DNA from: Eledone cirrhosa
Lineage: Eukaryota
DNA length: 64,000 bases
Direction: 5' to 3'
NCBI GenBank assembly: GCA_964016885.1
Contig: OZ024749.1
Coordinates: forward strand, 39,122,001 to 39,186,000
The notes under the pieces are model-generated. The model was not told the origin of the DNA and did no database searches. It saw only the letters and a list, made by a program, of their open reading frames with translations. Below are positions 25,701 to 41,334 of this stretch, piece after piece (position 1 is the first letter of the stretch; each line of letters opens with the position of its first letter). A program made the position numbers and the translations under genes.

Positions 25701-28700
25701 TACACAGTGACACTACCATCTACACAGTGACACTACCATCTACACAGTGACACAACACACTACACAGTGACACTACCATCTACACAGTGACACAACACAC
25801 TACACAGTGACACTACCATCTACACAGTGACACTACCATCTACACAGTGACACTACCATCTACACAGTGACACTACCATCTACACAGTGACACAACCATC
25901 TACACAGTGACACAACACACTACACAGTGACACTACCATCTACACAGTGACACAACACACTACACAGTGACACTACCATCTACACAGTGACACTACCATC
26001 TACACAGTGACACAACACACTACACAGTGACACTACCATCTACACAGTGACACAACACACTACACAGTGACACTACCATCTACACAGTGACACAACCATC
26101 TACACAGTGACACAACACACTACACAGTGACACTACCATCTACACAGTGACACAACACACTACACAGTGACACTACCATCTACACAGTGACACTACCATC
26201 TACACAGTGACACAACACACTACACAGTGACACTACCATCTACACAGTGACACTACCATCTACACAATGACACAACACACTACACAGTGACACTACCATC
26301 TACACAGTGACACAACACACTACACAGTGACACTACCATCTACACAGTGACACTACCATCTACACAGTGACACAACACACTACACAGTGACACTACCATC
26401 TACACAGTGACACAACACACTACACAGTGACACTACCATCTACACAATGACACTACCATCTACACAGTGACACTACCATCTACACAGTGACACTACCATC
26501 TACACAGTGACACAACACACTACACAGTGACACTACCATCTACACAGTGACACTACCATCTACACAGTGACACAACACACTACACAGTGACACTACCATC
26601 TACACAATGACACTACCATCTACACAGTGACACAACACACTACACAGTGACACTACCATCTACACAATGACACTACCATCTACACAGTGACACTACCATC
26701 TACACAGTGACACTACCATCTACACAGTGACACAACACACTACACAGTGACACTACCATCTACACAGTGACACTACCATCTACACAGTGACACTACCATC
26801 TACACAGTGACACAACACACTACACAGTGACACTACCATCTACACAATGACACAACACACTACACAGTGACACTACCATCTACACAGTGACACTACCATC
26901 TACACAATGACACTACCATCTACACAGTGACACAACACACTACACAGTGACACTACCATCTACACAGTGACACAACACACTACACAGTGACACTACCATC
27001 TACACAGTGACACAACCATCTACACAGTGACACAACACACTACACAGTGACACTACCATCTACACAGTGACACAACACACTACACAGTGACACTACCATC
27101 TACACAGTGACACTACCATCTACACAGTGACACAACACACTACACAGTGACACTACCATCTACACAGTGACACAACACACTACACAGTGACACAACACAC
27201 TACACAGTGACACTACCATCTACACAGTGACACTACCATCTACACAGTGTCACAACACACTACACAGTGACACTACCATCTACACAGTGACACAACACAC
27301 TACACAGTGACACTACCATCTACACAGTGACACAACACACTACACAGTGACACTACCATCTACACAGTGACACTACCATCTACACAGTGTCACAACACAC
27401 TACACAGTGACACAACCATCTACACAGTGACACAACACACTACACAGTGACACTACCATCTACACAGTGACACAACACACTACACAGTGACACTACCATC
27501 TACACAGTGACACTACCATCTACACAGTGACACAACACACTACACAGTGACACTACCATCTACACAGTGACACAACACACTACACAGTGACACTACCATC
27601 TACACAGTGACACTACCATCTACACAGTGACACTACCATCTACACAGTGACACTACCATCTACACAGTGACACAACCATCTACACAGTGACACAACACAC
27701 TACACAGTGACACTACCATCTACACAGTGACACAACACACTACACAGTGACACTACCATCTACACAGTGACACTACCATCTACACAGTGACACAACACAC
27801 TACACAGTGACACTACCATCTACACAGTGACACAACACACTACACAGTGACACTACCATCTACACAGTGACACAACCATCTACACAGTGACACAACACAC
27901 TACACAGTGACACTACCATCTACACAGTGACACAACCATCTACACAGTGACACAACACACTACACAGTGACACTACCATCTACACAGTGACACAACACAC
28001 TACACAATGACACAACACACTACACAGTGACACTACCATCTACACAGTGACACAACACACTACACAGTGACACTACCATCTACACAATGACACTACCATC
28101 TACACAGTGACACTACCATCTACACAATGACACTACCATCTACACAGTGTCACAACACACTACACAGTGACACTACCATCTACACAGTGACACTACCATC
28201 TACACAGTGACACAACACACTACACAGTGACACTACCATCTACACAGTGACACAACACACTACACAGTGACACTACCATCTACACAGTGACACTACCATC
28301 TACACAGTGACACTACCATCTACACAGTGACACTACCATCTACACAGTGACACAACACACTACACAGTGACACTACCATCTACACAGTGACACTACCATC
28401 TACACAGTGACACAACACACTACACAGTGACACTACCATCTACACAGTGACACAACCATCTACACAGTGACACAACACACTACACAGTGACACTACCATC
28501 TACACAGTGACACTACCATCTACACAGTGACACAACACACTACACAGTGACACTACCATCTACACAGTGACACTACCATCTACACAGTGACACTACCATC
28601 TACACAGTGACACAACACACTACACAGTGACACTACCATCTACACAGTGACACTACCATCTACACAGTGACACAACCATCTACACAGTGACACAACACAC

Positions 28701-31700
28701 TACACAGTGACACTACCATCTACACAGTGACACAACACACTACACAGTGACACTACCATCTACACAGTGACACAACCATCTACACAGTGACACAACACAC
28801 TACACAGTGACACTACCATCTACACAATGACACAACACACTACACAGTGACACTACCATCTACACAGTGACACTACCATCTACACAATGACACTACCATC
28901 TACACAGTGTCACAACACACTACACAGTGTCACAACACACTACACAGTGACACTACCATCTACACAGTGACACAACCATCTACACAGTGACACAACACAC
29001 TACACAGTGACACTACCATCTACACAATGACACAACACACTACACAGTGACACTACCATCTACACAGTGACACAACACACTACACAATGACACAACACAC
29101 TACACAGTGACACTACCATCTACACAGTGACACTACCATCTACACAGTGACACTACCATCTACACAGTGACACTACCATCTACACAATGACACAACACAC
29201 TACACAGTGACACTACCATCTACACAGTGACACTACCATCTACACAATGACACTACCATCTACACAGTGACACAACACACTACACAGTGACACTACCATC
29301 TACACAGTGACACTACCATCTACACAGTGACACAACACACTACACAGTGTCACAACACACTACACAGTGACACAACACACTACACAGTGACACAACACAC
29401 TACACAGTGACACTACCATCTACACAGTGACACTACCATCTACACAGTGACACTACCATCTACACAGTGACACAACACACGACACAGTGACACTACCATC
29501 TACACAGTGACACAACACACTACACAGTGACACTACCATCTACACGGTGACACTACCATCTACACAGTGACACAACACACTACACAGTGTCACAACACAC
29601 TACACAGTGACACAACACACTACACAGTGACACAACACACTACACAGTGACACTACCATCTACACAGTGACACTACCATCTACACAGTGACACTACGATC
29701 TACACAATGACACAACACACTACACAGTGACACTACACACTACACAGTGACACTACCATCTACACAGTGACACAACACACTACACAGTGTCACAACACAC
29801 TACACAGTGACACAACACACTACACAGTGACACAACACACTACACAGTGACACTACCATCTACACAGTGACACTACCATCTACACAGTGACACTACCATC
29901 TACACAGTGACACTACCATCTACACAGTGACACAATACACTACACAGTGACACAACACACTACACAGTGACACTACCATCTACACAGTGACACTACCATC
30001 TACACAGTGACACTACCATCTACACAGTGACACTACCATCTACACAGTGACACAACACACTACACAGTGACACTACCATCTACACAGTGACACTACCATC
30101 TACACAGTGACACTACCATCTACACAGTGTCACAACACACTACACAGTGACACTACCATCTACACAGTGACACTACCATCTACACAGTGACACAACACAC
30201 TACACAGTGACACTACCATCTATACAGTGACACAACACACTACACAGTGACACTACCATCTACACAGTGACACAACACACTACACAGTGACACTACCATC
30301 TACACAGTGACACAACACACTACACAGTGACACTACCATCTACACAGTGACACAACACACTACACAGTGACACTACCATCTACACAGTGACACAACACAC
30401 TACACAGTGACACTACCATCTACACAGTGACACTACCATCTACACAGTGACACAACACACTACACAGTGTCACAACACACTACACAGTGACACAACACAC
30501 TACACAGTGACACTACCATCCACACAGTGACACTACCATCTACACAGTGACACAACACACTACACAGTGACACTACCATCTACACAGTGACACTACCATC
30601 TACACAGTGACACAACACACTACACAGTGACACTACCATCTACACAGTGACACTACCATCTACACAGTGACACTACCATCTACACAGTGACACAACACAC
30701 TACACAGTGTCACAACACACTACACAGTGACACAACACACTACACAGTGACACAACACACTACACAGTGACACTACCATCTACACAGTGACACTACCATC
30801 TACACAGTGACACTACCATCTACACAGTGACACTACCATCTACACAATGACACAACACACTACACAGTGACACTACACACTACACAGTGACACTACCATC
30901 TACACAGTGACACTACCATCTACACAGTGACACTACCATCTACACAGTGACACAACACACTACACAGTGACACTACACACTACACAGTGACACTACCATC
31001 TACACAATGACACTACCATCTACACAGTGACACAACACACTACACAGTGACACTACCATCTACACAGTGACACTACCATCTACACAGTGACACAACACAC
31101 TACACAGTGACACAACACACTACACAGTGACACAACACACTACACAGTGACACTACCATCTACACAGTGACACTACCATCTACACAGTGACACAACACAC
31201 TACACAGTGACACTACCATCTACACAATGACACTACCATCTACACAGTGACACTACCATCTACACAGTGACACAACACACTACACAGTGACACAACACAC
31301 TACACAGTGACACTACCATCTACACAGTGACACAACACACTACACAGTGACACTACCATCTACACAGTGACACTACCATCTACACAGTGACACTACCATC
31401 TACACAGTGACACAACACACTACACAGTGACACTACCATCTACACAGTGACACAACACACTACACAGTGACACAACACACTACACAGTGACACTACCATC
31501 TACACAGTGACACTACCATCTACACAGTGACACAACACACTACACAGTGACACTACCATCTACACAGTGACACTACCATCTACACAGTGACACTACCATC
31601 TACACAGTGACACTACCATCTACACAGTGACACTACCATCTACACAGTGACACAACACACTACACAGTGACACAACACACTACACAGTGACACTACCATC

Positions 31701-32787
31701 TACACAGTGACACTACCATCTACACAGTGACACTACCATCTACACAGTGACACAACACACTACACAGTGACACAACACACTACACAGTGACACTACCATC
31801 TACACAGTGACACAACACACTACACAGTGACACTACCATCTACACAGTGACACAACACACTACACAGTGACACTACCATCTACACAGTGACACAACACAC
31901 TACACAGTGACACAACACACTACACAGTGTCACAACACACTACACAGTGACACAACACACTACACAGTGTCACAACACACTACACAGTGACACTACATAC
32001 TACACAGTGACACTACCATCTACACAGTGACACAACACACTACACAGTGACACTACCATCTACACAGTGACACAACACACTACACAGTGTCACAACACAC
32101 TACACAGCGACACTACACACTACACAGCGACACTACACACTACACAGTGACACGACATACTACACACTACAGAGTGACACTACACACTACACAGTGACCC
32201 TACACACTACATAGTGACACTACACACTACACAGTGACACTACACACAGTGACACAACACAATACACAGTGAAACAACACACTACACAGTGACAATACAC
32301 ACTACACACTACTACACAGTGACACAACACACTACTCACTACAGAGTGACACTACACACTACACACTACACACTACACACTATACAGTGACACTACACAC
32401 TACTCAGTGACACTACACACTATTCAGTGACACTACACACTACACACTATACAGTGGCACTACACACTACACAGTGACACTACACACTATTCAGTGACAC
32501 TACACACTACACACTACACAGTGACACTACACACTACACAGTGACACTACACACTACACAATGACACTACACACTACACAGTGACACTACACACTACACA
32601 ATGACACTACACACTATTCAGTGACACATCACACTACACTGTGACACTACACACTACACAGTGACACTACACACTATTCAGTGACACTGCACACTGCACA
32701 CTACACAGTGAGACTACACACTACACAGTGACACTACACACTATTCAGTGACACATCACACTACACTCTACACATTACACAGTGACA
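22751..32787. repeat. 20-bp satellite, about 470 in-phase units to ~32160, with a degenerate right margin
   Basis: Units TACACAGTGA-CACAACACAC and TACACAGTGA-CACTACCATC are interspersed. Phase is unbroken from 22761 to 32160. Confidence 0.98.
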
Positions 32788-33233
32788 GAACTCATTGATG
32801 CAACACACTGATACAGGCTTTTATATGTTATTTCCCAGTAGCACCAAACACCTGGAAAAGTAAGTAATATATACCACTGTGACTAAATTACTATCTTTTC
32901 CTCAGTCACAGGATAGTAAACCCAGTGCTTTTGTAGGCCCCACTCTCCTATTAAGAAGTTAGTGTTTACCCCCTTGTCAACCCCGTCGAAGAACAGGCCA
33001 GCTCATAATCAAAGCATTCTACATGTAGCCATCATGTCTTTTAAATCGTATTTTGCTAGGACATCATCATCATCATCATCATCATTGTTTTTGCATGTTC
33101 ACCTTGGGTTAGATGAATGTTAACACGTGGCAGGACGGAGGTTCAATCACTGGACTGTAGAGGTTATGTCTATGCGGAACATAAACCAACATTACCGCTT
33201 GCACAAGCGATGTCAGATGCAAAGCGAAGACAA

Positions 33234-33300
<67 letters not shown>

Positions 33301-33371
33301 CCGCGCGCACACCTGTGTGTGAGGGTGTATATTTTCCCGTAATGATAAAAGGGAAGCCTAACTTCGGTGGG

Positions 33372-33470
33372 GGTTGACTTTGCCTTTCATCCTTACGGGG
33401 TCGATAAAATAAAGTACCAGTAATGCACTGGGTAATTGCTGGCCTTGTGCCTAAAGTAGAAACAATTATT
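33372..33470 (+). mobile_element. SINE 3' half
   Basis: Matches the SINE consensus. Confidence 0.85.
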
Positions 33471-33609
33471 TAAGAATATTTTAACAGAAAAATATGAAAA
33501 TTGTATATTAGCAGTCAATACAAGTGTGCAAAAGACAAACTAAGGGCAATAACTCCCCTCTTTTTAGTCAAGTTATAGCCCTTGATATCAGTGCTTGCAT
33601 TTTAATAGG

Positions 33610-34250
33610 TGTGTATTTTATTGTGGTACTAACATAAAAGTGATTCTCATGTTCTTGGCAGGACAACCGTTCGGAATGTGGACAACCTATACTATCCCTA
33701 TCTGTTGACCTAACGAAAAACTTATCTAGATACGATCTAGATGAACCTATGTGGCTAGTCCAGGTCCTCACTGGCGCATTCTGGAAATCTAGTCGATACC
33801 TGTCAGACAGTTGGAACTGGCTGATCAGGTTTTTGAGGCTTTTGCACCACCAACCCAGCTCCTATCAGCTACCCCCACACAATCCCAGCATGCATCTAAG
33901 ATCCGTTCAAGTCCTCCGCTAACTGTAAAGGGTGAGACGTTCCTAGAAAGATTTCTAGGCGTCTAAAAAAATCTGGCCGTCCGGCCCCGGTCGGTGCGTA
34001 GTCGGCCACCAGTCTAAAGGCATCACATTCGCCATTACTCACGTCTAGGTCCAGGAAGATCTCCATACCTCGAGATCCAGGCCTTTCCTAAACAGCACTG
34101 CCACCTCACCTCCCATTCCATAACGACTAAGAGATGCGAAGATCTCATAGTCGTCTAAAATGTGGGCTTGTGCGTGCGTGTCGGAAAACCTGATCTCGCT
34201 TCCTTCAGTGACCTCTTGGATCTCGCACCCGTCTAGTAGATTCACGTGGT
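33610..34250 (-). mobile_element. Degenerate L1/Tx1-like APE endonuclease fragment
   Basis: SEIR...GGEVAVLFRK and TWTSH..SRSYLD motifs in shifted frames. Confidence 0.6.
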
Positions 34251-34269
34251 CTGGTACTTTACTTTATCA

Positions 34270-34640
34270 ACCCCGTGAGGATGTACTTCTTCTTCGGCCG
34301 AGTTTACACTCGCAAAGATTCAGCACGCCTTCTCCAATATTCCCGGTCGAGCATCACATTTCTCAGTTCATCGATGTTATCAATATTAACATCTCTCAGC
34401 AGGGTATCAATGAACGAGACGGCCTGTCTTCCTACGCTTCTTCGTCCGACCGCCGGTTTCCAGAGCATAAGTTGTCATGCTATCTCTTCTGGATGACGGA
34501 TGCAGTGCCCAACCAGTTTCGGTCGTCTGCAGGCAACTTCTTTTTAGACTGGCGGTAGTGATCTGTAGAGTTCCTTATTTATCAGCTTCTGTTTCCAAGA
34601 AATGTTGAGAGCCATTCTCAACATCATCGTGTAACATCCG
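34270..34640 (-). mobile_element. RTE/RTE-X-like LINE 3' fragment
   Basis: Minus strand GCYTMMLRMALNISWKQK..NKELY...GHCIRHPEE...LWKP; related to 60500-60850. Confidence 0.7.
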
Positions 34641-35224
34641 TAAGGATGAAAAGCAAAGCTAACCTCGCCGATATTTGAACTTAGAACGCAAACGGCCGTA
34701 ACACTCTGCCATTAAGCATGTTGTCCGACATTCTACCGATTCTGCTAAACGACCGCCATATTTGAGATATAATAGTATTGGAATGAACGCGTGTTTGATG
34801 TAGAATTGTTATCAACACGTATTTGTATTCTAGCCATTTGAAATAACTATTTTCAAGCTCAGTAAAAATTTCTGAAAATGTATGCTCGTGTATCAGATAT
34901 GCTCACCACTCCTTCTCCCCACTTCAATAGCCTCTCGAATATTTCAACCTGCTGCCCACGTTGAACAATATCTGCTGAAGATATCTTTAGAATGACAGAA
35001 TAATACACTGAAATCGATTCAAGTGTTATTTGAATATCAAACGAGTTGTATAAACATACAGAAATTGGATAGAAAATAGGAGAGGTTATACAACACTTAT
35101 TACAATATGATTTAGGATGAAATTCAAAGGATTCATCATTTAAATTGTATCAAAGCAATTATCGGATATATAATTATAAGTCAATACAGTACAAATGCCA
35201 TGTCTATTATTATTGTTATTACTA

Positions 35225-35880
35225 GAGGGTGATGGAGTGGCAGTATCAGTAGAGCGTCAGACACCATGCTTTGCAGTATAGAGTTACGGCCCTTTACATT
35301 CTGGGTTCAAACCCCACCGAGGTTAACTTTACCTTTCATCTTTACGGGTTCGATGAAATAAAGTACCAGTCACGAACTGGGGGGATTTAATCGACTTTCC
35401 CCTCCCCACAAATAACTGGTCTTGTGCCTATACTAGAAATTGTTATTACTAGAGGGTGATGGAGAGGCAGTATCAGTATAGCGTCAGACACCATGCTTTG
35501 CAGTATGGAGTTACGGCCCTTTACGTTCTGGGTTCAAATCCCGCCGAGGTTAAATTTTGCCTTTCAACCTTCAGGGGTCGAAAAAATAAAGTACCAGTCA
35601 CGCACTAAGGTCGATTTAATCGATTTCCCCACCCTTCAAATTGCTGGCCTTGAGCCTATATAAGAAACCATTATTATTGTGGATTGACAATATCGATAGA
35701 ACGTCGGACACCATGCTGTGTAGCATAGAGTTACGGCCCTTTACGTTCTGCGTTCAGATCCCACCGAGATTAACTTTTCCTTTCATCCTTACAGGGGTCG
35801 ATAGAATAAAGTACCAGTAATCGACTTTCTCCCCCACCCCCCTTCAAATTGCTGGCCTTGTGCCTAAAGTAGAATCAATT
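35225..35880 (+). mobile_element. Three head-to-tail SINE copies (long variant)
   Basis: Copies start near 35225, 35452 and 35680; each has a B-box and core. Confidence 0.88.
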
Positions 35881-35884
35881 ATAA

Positions 35885-36415
35885 TTGTTATTACTAATAT
35901 TAGTCTTATTTTTATTGCGTTTCGTCACTGCACCACTGAGCACAGTTCTGTGAGTCTTGGATACGTGAAGTCTTCTTGTTGATGTTGATGTTGTTTCAAC
36001 TGTATTGAGAGTGCTCTTCGCAATACGTGCGCAGTGCCTACTATTGCTATATTCTGAATGCTGTATATGTTTGTAAGTCCTCAGTTTGGGGTTATATATC
36101 TCTCTGTGTTTTAGTATTTCTATCATTCCCAGAGCACTCAGTTTTCGTAATTCACATTCAGGTTATTTCTATCTCCAGATATCTCTATATTCGGATTATC
36201 TCTTCATTTCCTTGATAGATAATAAATTATCGTCTGTGGGGAGTGATACATCAATGAGAAGAGTTTTTTTTTCTCTGTGATCTTTAACTATAATATCTGT
36301 CTTTGATGTCCCTGTTTGTGTGTATTGGTATATTCCAGAGTATGGTTGCTTTGTCATTCTCTGGTAATTTGCTGGGATAGTCACAGTTGATAGAAGTTCT
36401 TTTCCTAACTCGTTT
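35885..36415 (-). mobile_element. 3' fragment of an RLE-type (R4/Dong-like) non-LTR element
   Basis: DIIVKDHREKKTLLIDVSLPTDDNL..KE endonuclease motif, frameshifted. Confidence 0.7.
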
Positions 36416-36424
36416 CGCTATATT

Positions 36425-38900
36425 CAGACTGGCAAGTTAACAATAACTGCTAAAACAATAACTGCTAAATCAATACCACCCAAGGAGGAAGTGCAAGAAT
36501 TCTGGGAAAAGATCTAGGCCGAAGAAAAAGTTAATAATATACATGCCCCATGGATAGACAGACAAATGAAAGATACAGCTCACCTTCAGGAACAAACAGG
36601 GGAAAATATAACAGTTGAACATTTGCGCTTAGCTCTAGAAAATCCAGCAAATGGAAATCCCCAGGGAAAGACAAAATACAAAATTTTGGATAAATGCCTT
36701 CACAGAGTCTCATGAGCTGTTAGCCCAACATTACAATGAAATGGTTAAGGAGCCAGAAAAGATACCATAATGGCTAGTTAACGGCATTACATTCCTACTT
36801 CCGAAGAATGATGAAACAAACAATCCCAAAAATTACAGACCGATAACTTGCTTGAGCACAATGTATAAAATTTTAATATCAGTCCTAACTGAATACACAT
36901 ATGACCACCTGATAACAAATGATCTATTTCTCAATGAGCAGAAAGGGTGTAAACGAGGCTCATATGGCTGTAAGAATCAGCTTTTGGTTAACAAAATGAT
37001 ACTGGAAGATTGTCATAATAGACACAAAAAAGCATTCGATAGTTTGCCACACAGTTGGATTGAAAAGTGTTTAGAGATTTTCAAAATATCTCCCGTTGTC
37101 AGGAGGTTCCTGTCATTCAGTATGAAGGCATGGAAAACGACACTCCTCTTCAATAGTGAAAAAAAAATCACTGGAAGCTGGAGAAGTTAATATTAATTGT
37201 GGAATTTTTCAGGGTGATTCTTTATCCCGCTTTTATTCTGCATCGCACTTATACCATTAAGTAAAATGCTCAATGAAACAAAACATGGATATAAAGTCTG
37301 ACAAAACCATTAATCACTTGTTCTACATGGATGACCTGAAACTATTTGCAAAAAATGACGAGCAATTGCAATGGCTATTATCCACTGTGAAGCAGTTCAG
37401 TGATGATATTAAAATGGAGTTTGGACTAGACAAATACGCCAAAGCCATGTTCACCAGAGGAAAGCTGCTGAGAAGTTCAGACATTAATCTTAATCGGGGG
37501 AATGTTATAAGAGAACTTGATCAAGGGGAAACTTACAAATATCTAGGTGTTTGTGAAGGAGACGGAATCAAGCACTCGACAGTGAGGTAAAGGATAAGGA
37601 AGGAATGTTACCGCAGAGTAAGAGAAATCTTAAGAACGGAATTGAATGCAAGGAATAGGATCGATGCCATAAACACGCTTGCCATACCAGTAGTAACCTA
37701 CAGTTACAATGTCATCAACTGATCAAGCTCAGAGATCCGTAGGCTCGATACAAAAATTAGAAAATTCTTAACCATGCACAGAATGCATCACCCTAAAGCA
37801 GATACAGATATAATATATCTCCCTAGGAAAGAAGGAGGACGTGGATTAATCCAGTTAGATATTGCTTTGAAACCTGCACCCATTGATTATCTACATATCT
37901 AAAGGTATCACATGATTGGATGATCAAACTCGTTTTGAAACATGAAAGCATCAAAAGATCAAATTCCATTACAAAAGATGCACAAAGATACAGTAATGGA
38001 CTACAAATTCCAGAAGTTCCATTTACTGCTGAAATGAAAAACACCGAAAAAGCAAAGCGGGTAAAAGTAACTGCAAATAAAGAACTGCTACAGAAACTGG
38101 CTAAGAAATGGCAAGAAAAGCCTTTGTATGGAAAATACCCAGAAAGAGCTAACAATCCTGATGTTGACAAAACTTTAACCCATCAGTGGTTGGCATCCTC
38201 TGGACTGAAATCGAAGACTGAAGGAGTGATTATATCAGCACAAGATCAGTGTCTGCCAACAAAAAATTATCAAGCCAACATAATAAAAAATGGATGCAAC
38301 CCATTATGCCGTGTATGTAAAAAAACAACCAGAGACCATTGATCATATGATTTCAATGTGCAGTCCTATAGCTCCAACCGAATACCTAAACAGGCATGAC
38401 AGAGCTGCACAATACATACATTGGATAATGTGCAAGCATTTTGATCTGCCCCATCAAAGGAATTGGTGGGAACATCAACCACCTCCCATACTTGAAAAAG
38501 ATCACATCTCAATCTTGTGGAACTTTAACATCCAAACAGACCTAAAATAGATGCAAATAGACCTGATATAATACTGAAGGACTTTAAAAAGAGGGTATGC
38601 CTGCTAATTGATATGTCCGTTCCAATAGACAAGAATGTATCTATAAAAAACATTTGAAAAACATTTGAAAAATTGAGCAAGTATAAAGACCTGGAGATAG
38701 AAATTGGAAAAATGTGGAAGTTGAGAACTAAAACAATACCAGTGGTTGTAGGCGCTTTTTGGAACGCTTCAAAAGGCAAGAACCCTCCGATACGTCCTGA
38801 ATATCTGAGGCTGCGGGTAGTGGCTTGATATTCATTTCAACAAACTTTCCAGTTAACCAACATCAATGACTGAGACTCAAAGAACAATAATAATAATAAT
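36425..38900 (+). mobile_element. 5'-truncated, disrupted R4/Dong-like non-LTR retrotransposon (RT, CCHC, restriction-like endonuclease)
   Basis: NYRPITCL, EQKGC, KKAFDS, GIFQGDSLS, HLFYMDDLK, CRVC..ETIDH..C...RHD, RPDI...IDMSVP and KYKDL motifs. Several stops and frameshifts; (AAT)n tail. Confidence 0.9.
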
Positions 38901-39088
38901 TGTTTCTACTTTAGGCACAAGACCAGCAATTACCCAGTACAATAATAATAATAATAATAATAAACAAGTGAAAATCAACAGGTGCGTGAATTTTTGATTA
39001 AATACATTATCTATTTCAACATTATCTATTTACATGAAAACTGTCGCAAAATAAATACAAAACCACACAGACACACACATACATACAT

Positions 39089-39189
<101 letters not shown>

Positions 39190-39819
39190 CTTGTCAACGT
39201 TACCCATAACAATTTTGAGAAGTAATTTGAAGAATATTTTTGAGGAAACTTTTTAAATCTTAGAAAAAAAATTTTTTAAAGAAAATGTTTGGTGAAATAT
39301 GATGGGGAAATGTCAGTAAAATAATAGAACATTTTGAGAAAACATTTTTTGGATTATGTTGAGAAGTATTTTCGAAAAGGAATTGAGAAAAACTTTTGCA
39401 GAAATTGAGAGAATTTCAGCAGAAATGTTTTCGAAAACGTCATGATGAAATTTTAAAGAAAACATTGAAGAAATTTTTGAAAACTTTTTAGGAAATTTTG
39501 AAGAAAATTTTGAAGAAAACTTTTTGGTGAAATTTTTGTAAAATGTTTAACAATAATATAAACACAAATTATTTAATAATTAGTTTTGAATAGTTACACA
39601 TCTTTACTTAAAACTATCTCTCATTCCATAAATAAAGTAATTTTTACATTGTTATTGTTAAAACATGTTTAAACAAGATTTTTCCACTCCACAGTTGCAT
39701 AGAAATTAAAATTGGTAATAAGATTGAAAATTAGAAATTAAAAGTTAAAATCTTGATTGAAGTTAATAAAAAAATATATAAATAGGAAGATGTGTAAATT
39801 GTAGTTAGCAATAATAATA

Positions 39820-40003
39820 ATTGTTTCTACTTTTGCCACAAGGCCAGCAATTACCCAGTACATTACTGGTACTTTATTTTATCGACCCCGTAAGGATGAA
39901 AGGCAAAGTTAACCTCGGCGGGATTTGAACTCAGAATGGCAAGGGCCGTAACTCTATGCATCAAAGCTTGGTGTCCGACCCTCTACCGATACTGCCTATC
40001 CAC
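39820..40003 (-). mobile_element. SINE
   Basis: Reverse complement of the consensus. Confidence 0.9.
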
Positions 40004-40119
40004 CAATAATGACATCTATAATAACGGCAATAATAATTTTAAAAAAAGAAAAGGAAACAAAAGAAAAAATGAGTTGGGAAATATAGAGAAAAAAAGAGAA
40101 AAAGAAAGAAAAAAGAACG

Positions 40120-40378
40120 GATAGGGGAGGCGATGGCAAAAGCTCTGGTCTCGCAGAAGAGAGCGTAGGGGGGGGGGGCTTTGAGCCTTGAGCAAGGGGG
40201 AAGAAGTGCTGCGCCCCGCGGACAAAACCGCAAAAGCATTCGCGCGGACTATGGCTAGTAACATCTGCTGCAACAGCCACCCAACCCGGCGGGGCTCCTT
40301 CCCCCCCCCCCCCGGACGGGCCGCCGACTTTCCGATCTTGCGGATGAGCTCGGCTGTACGGGGGTCCATCTGTACATA
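40120..40378 (-). mobile_element. CRE-clade-like non-LTR 3' fragment
   Basis: GC-rich island encoding EPRRVGWLLQQMLLAIVRANAFAVL, resembling the CRE C-terminal WLxQRxSxAIxRGNAxxVL. Confidence 0.6.
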
Positions 40379-40988
40379 AGTTGTAGCGCATATAGATATA
40401 GATGTGTGTTTGGTAGTTTGGGGAGAAAAATATAATTATTGAGGGAGGGGGGGGTGCATGCCCCTCGCCCCGTTCCACCGCCCCTGTATACACAAGACTA
40501 TATTTATATATTTATATATATATGCTGTGTAGGTTCCCGGGTGTACTTTTTAACTATAAATATACATATATATATATATGTGTGTGTGTACAGTTGCTTA
40601 TATATACAAATTTCCTCTCCCCATGACACTGATATTTTCTAAGGCTGATATAGCTTGGCACTTGTGTCATCTCAAAGGAACTCATAATTCCAATTAACTA
40701 GAAAGATACTTTAAATCCTGATGTAACAACTCGGCTATTCCCATAACCTCGGACTTTCTTCATCGAATAATTTGATATTCTGATATCACATAATTTTATC
40801 ACAATATTTTATCGCATCACTACAAACAACACATAGCTACAACGACTACAAAACCCTCATAATATCACGTGTAGAATGTTTATTTACATTTCCTCTATTT
40901 TTGATGACTGTAATAGCTATATATAAATACAGTATTGTTTATTTGCTGAAAAGCTAAAAAATTCTTTAAAAAATATCATTATTTATAT

Positions 40989-41173
40989 GCGTGGATTGGC
41001 AGTATCGGTAGAGGGTCGGACGCCATGTTTTCCAGCATAGTTACGTCCCTTTACGATCTGAGTTCAAATCCCGCCGAGGTTAACTTTGCCTTTCATCCTT
41101 ACGGGGTCGATGAAATAAAGTACCAGTAATGTACTGGGTAATTGCTGGCCTTGTGCCAAAAGTAGAAACAATT
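40989..41173 (+). mobile_element. SINE
   Basis: Full consensus. Confidence 0.9.
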
Positions 41174-41334
41174 ATTTATATTTCAAGAATGTTATGATTC
41201 AAAAAGTCGTTGAAATCTCCCCCGATTTCAACATTATTTTAAAAAGATCAAATGGAATTAATAATTCTGGTACATCTCTGGAGTTGTTTAGCAAAACAAG
41301 CAAAAACATCTTTGTTCATGGAAAACAAATATTA

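Noticed and set aside
22751-32160. CRISPR-like constant/variable alternation
   Set aside because: The variable halves are only 10 bp and of two recurring types, not unique spacers. There are no cas genes and the context is eukaryotic.
22763-32160. RSS/Transib heptamer CACAGTG in nearly every satellite unit
   Set aside because: No ACAAAAACC nonamer at 12- or 23-bp spacing; the heptamer is expected by chance in a CA-rich unit.
39210-39550. Phased A/T-tract region
   Set aside because: Degenerate low-complexity GAAAA/TTTT repeats with no definable unit or boundaries.
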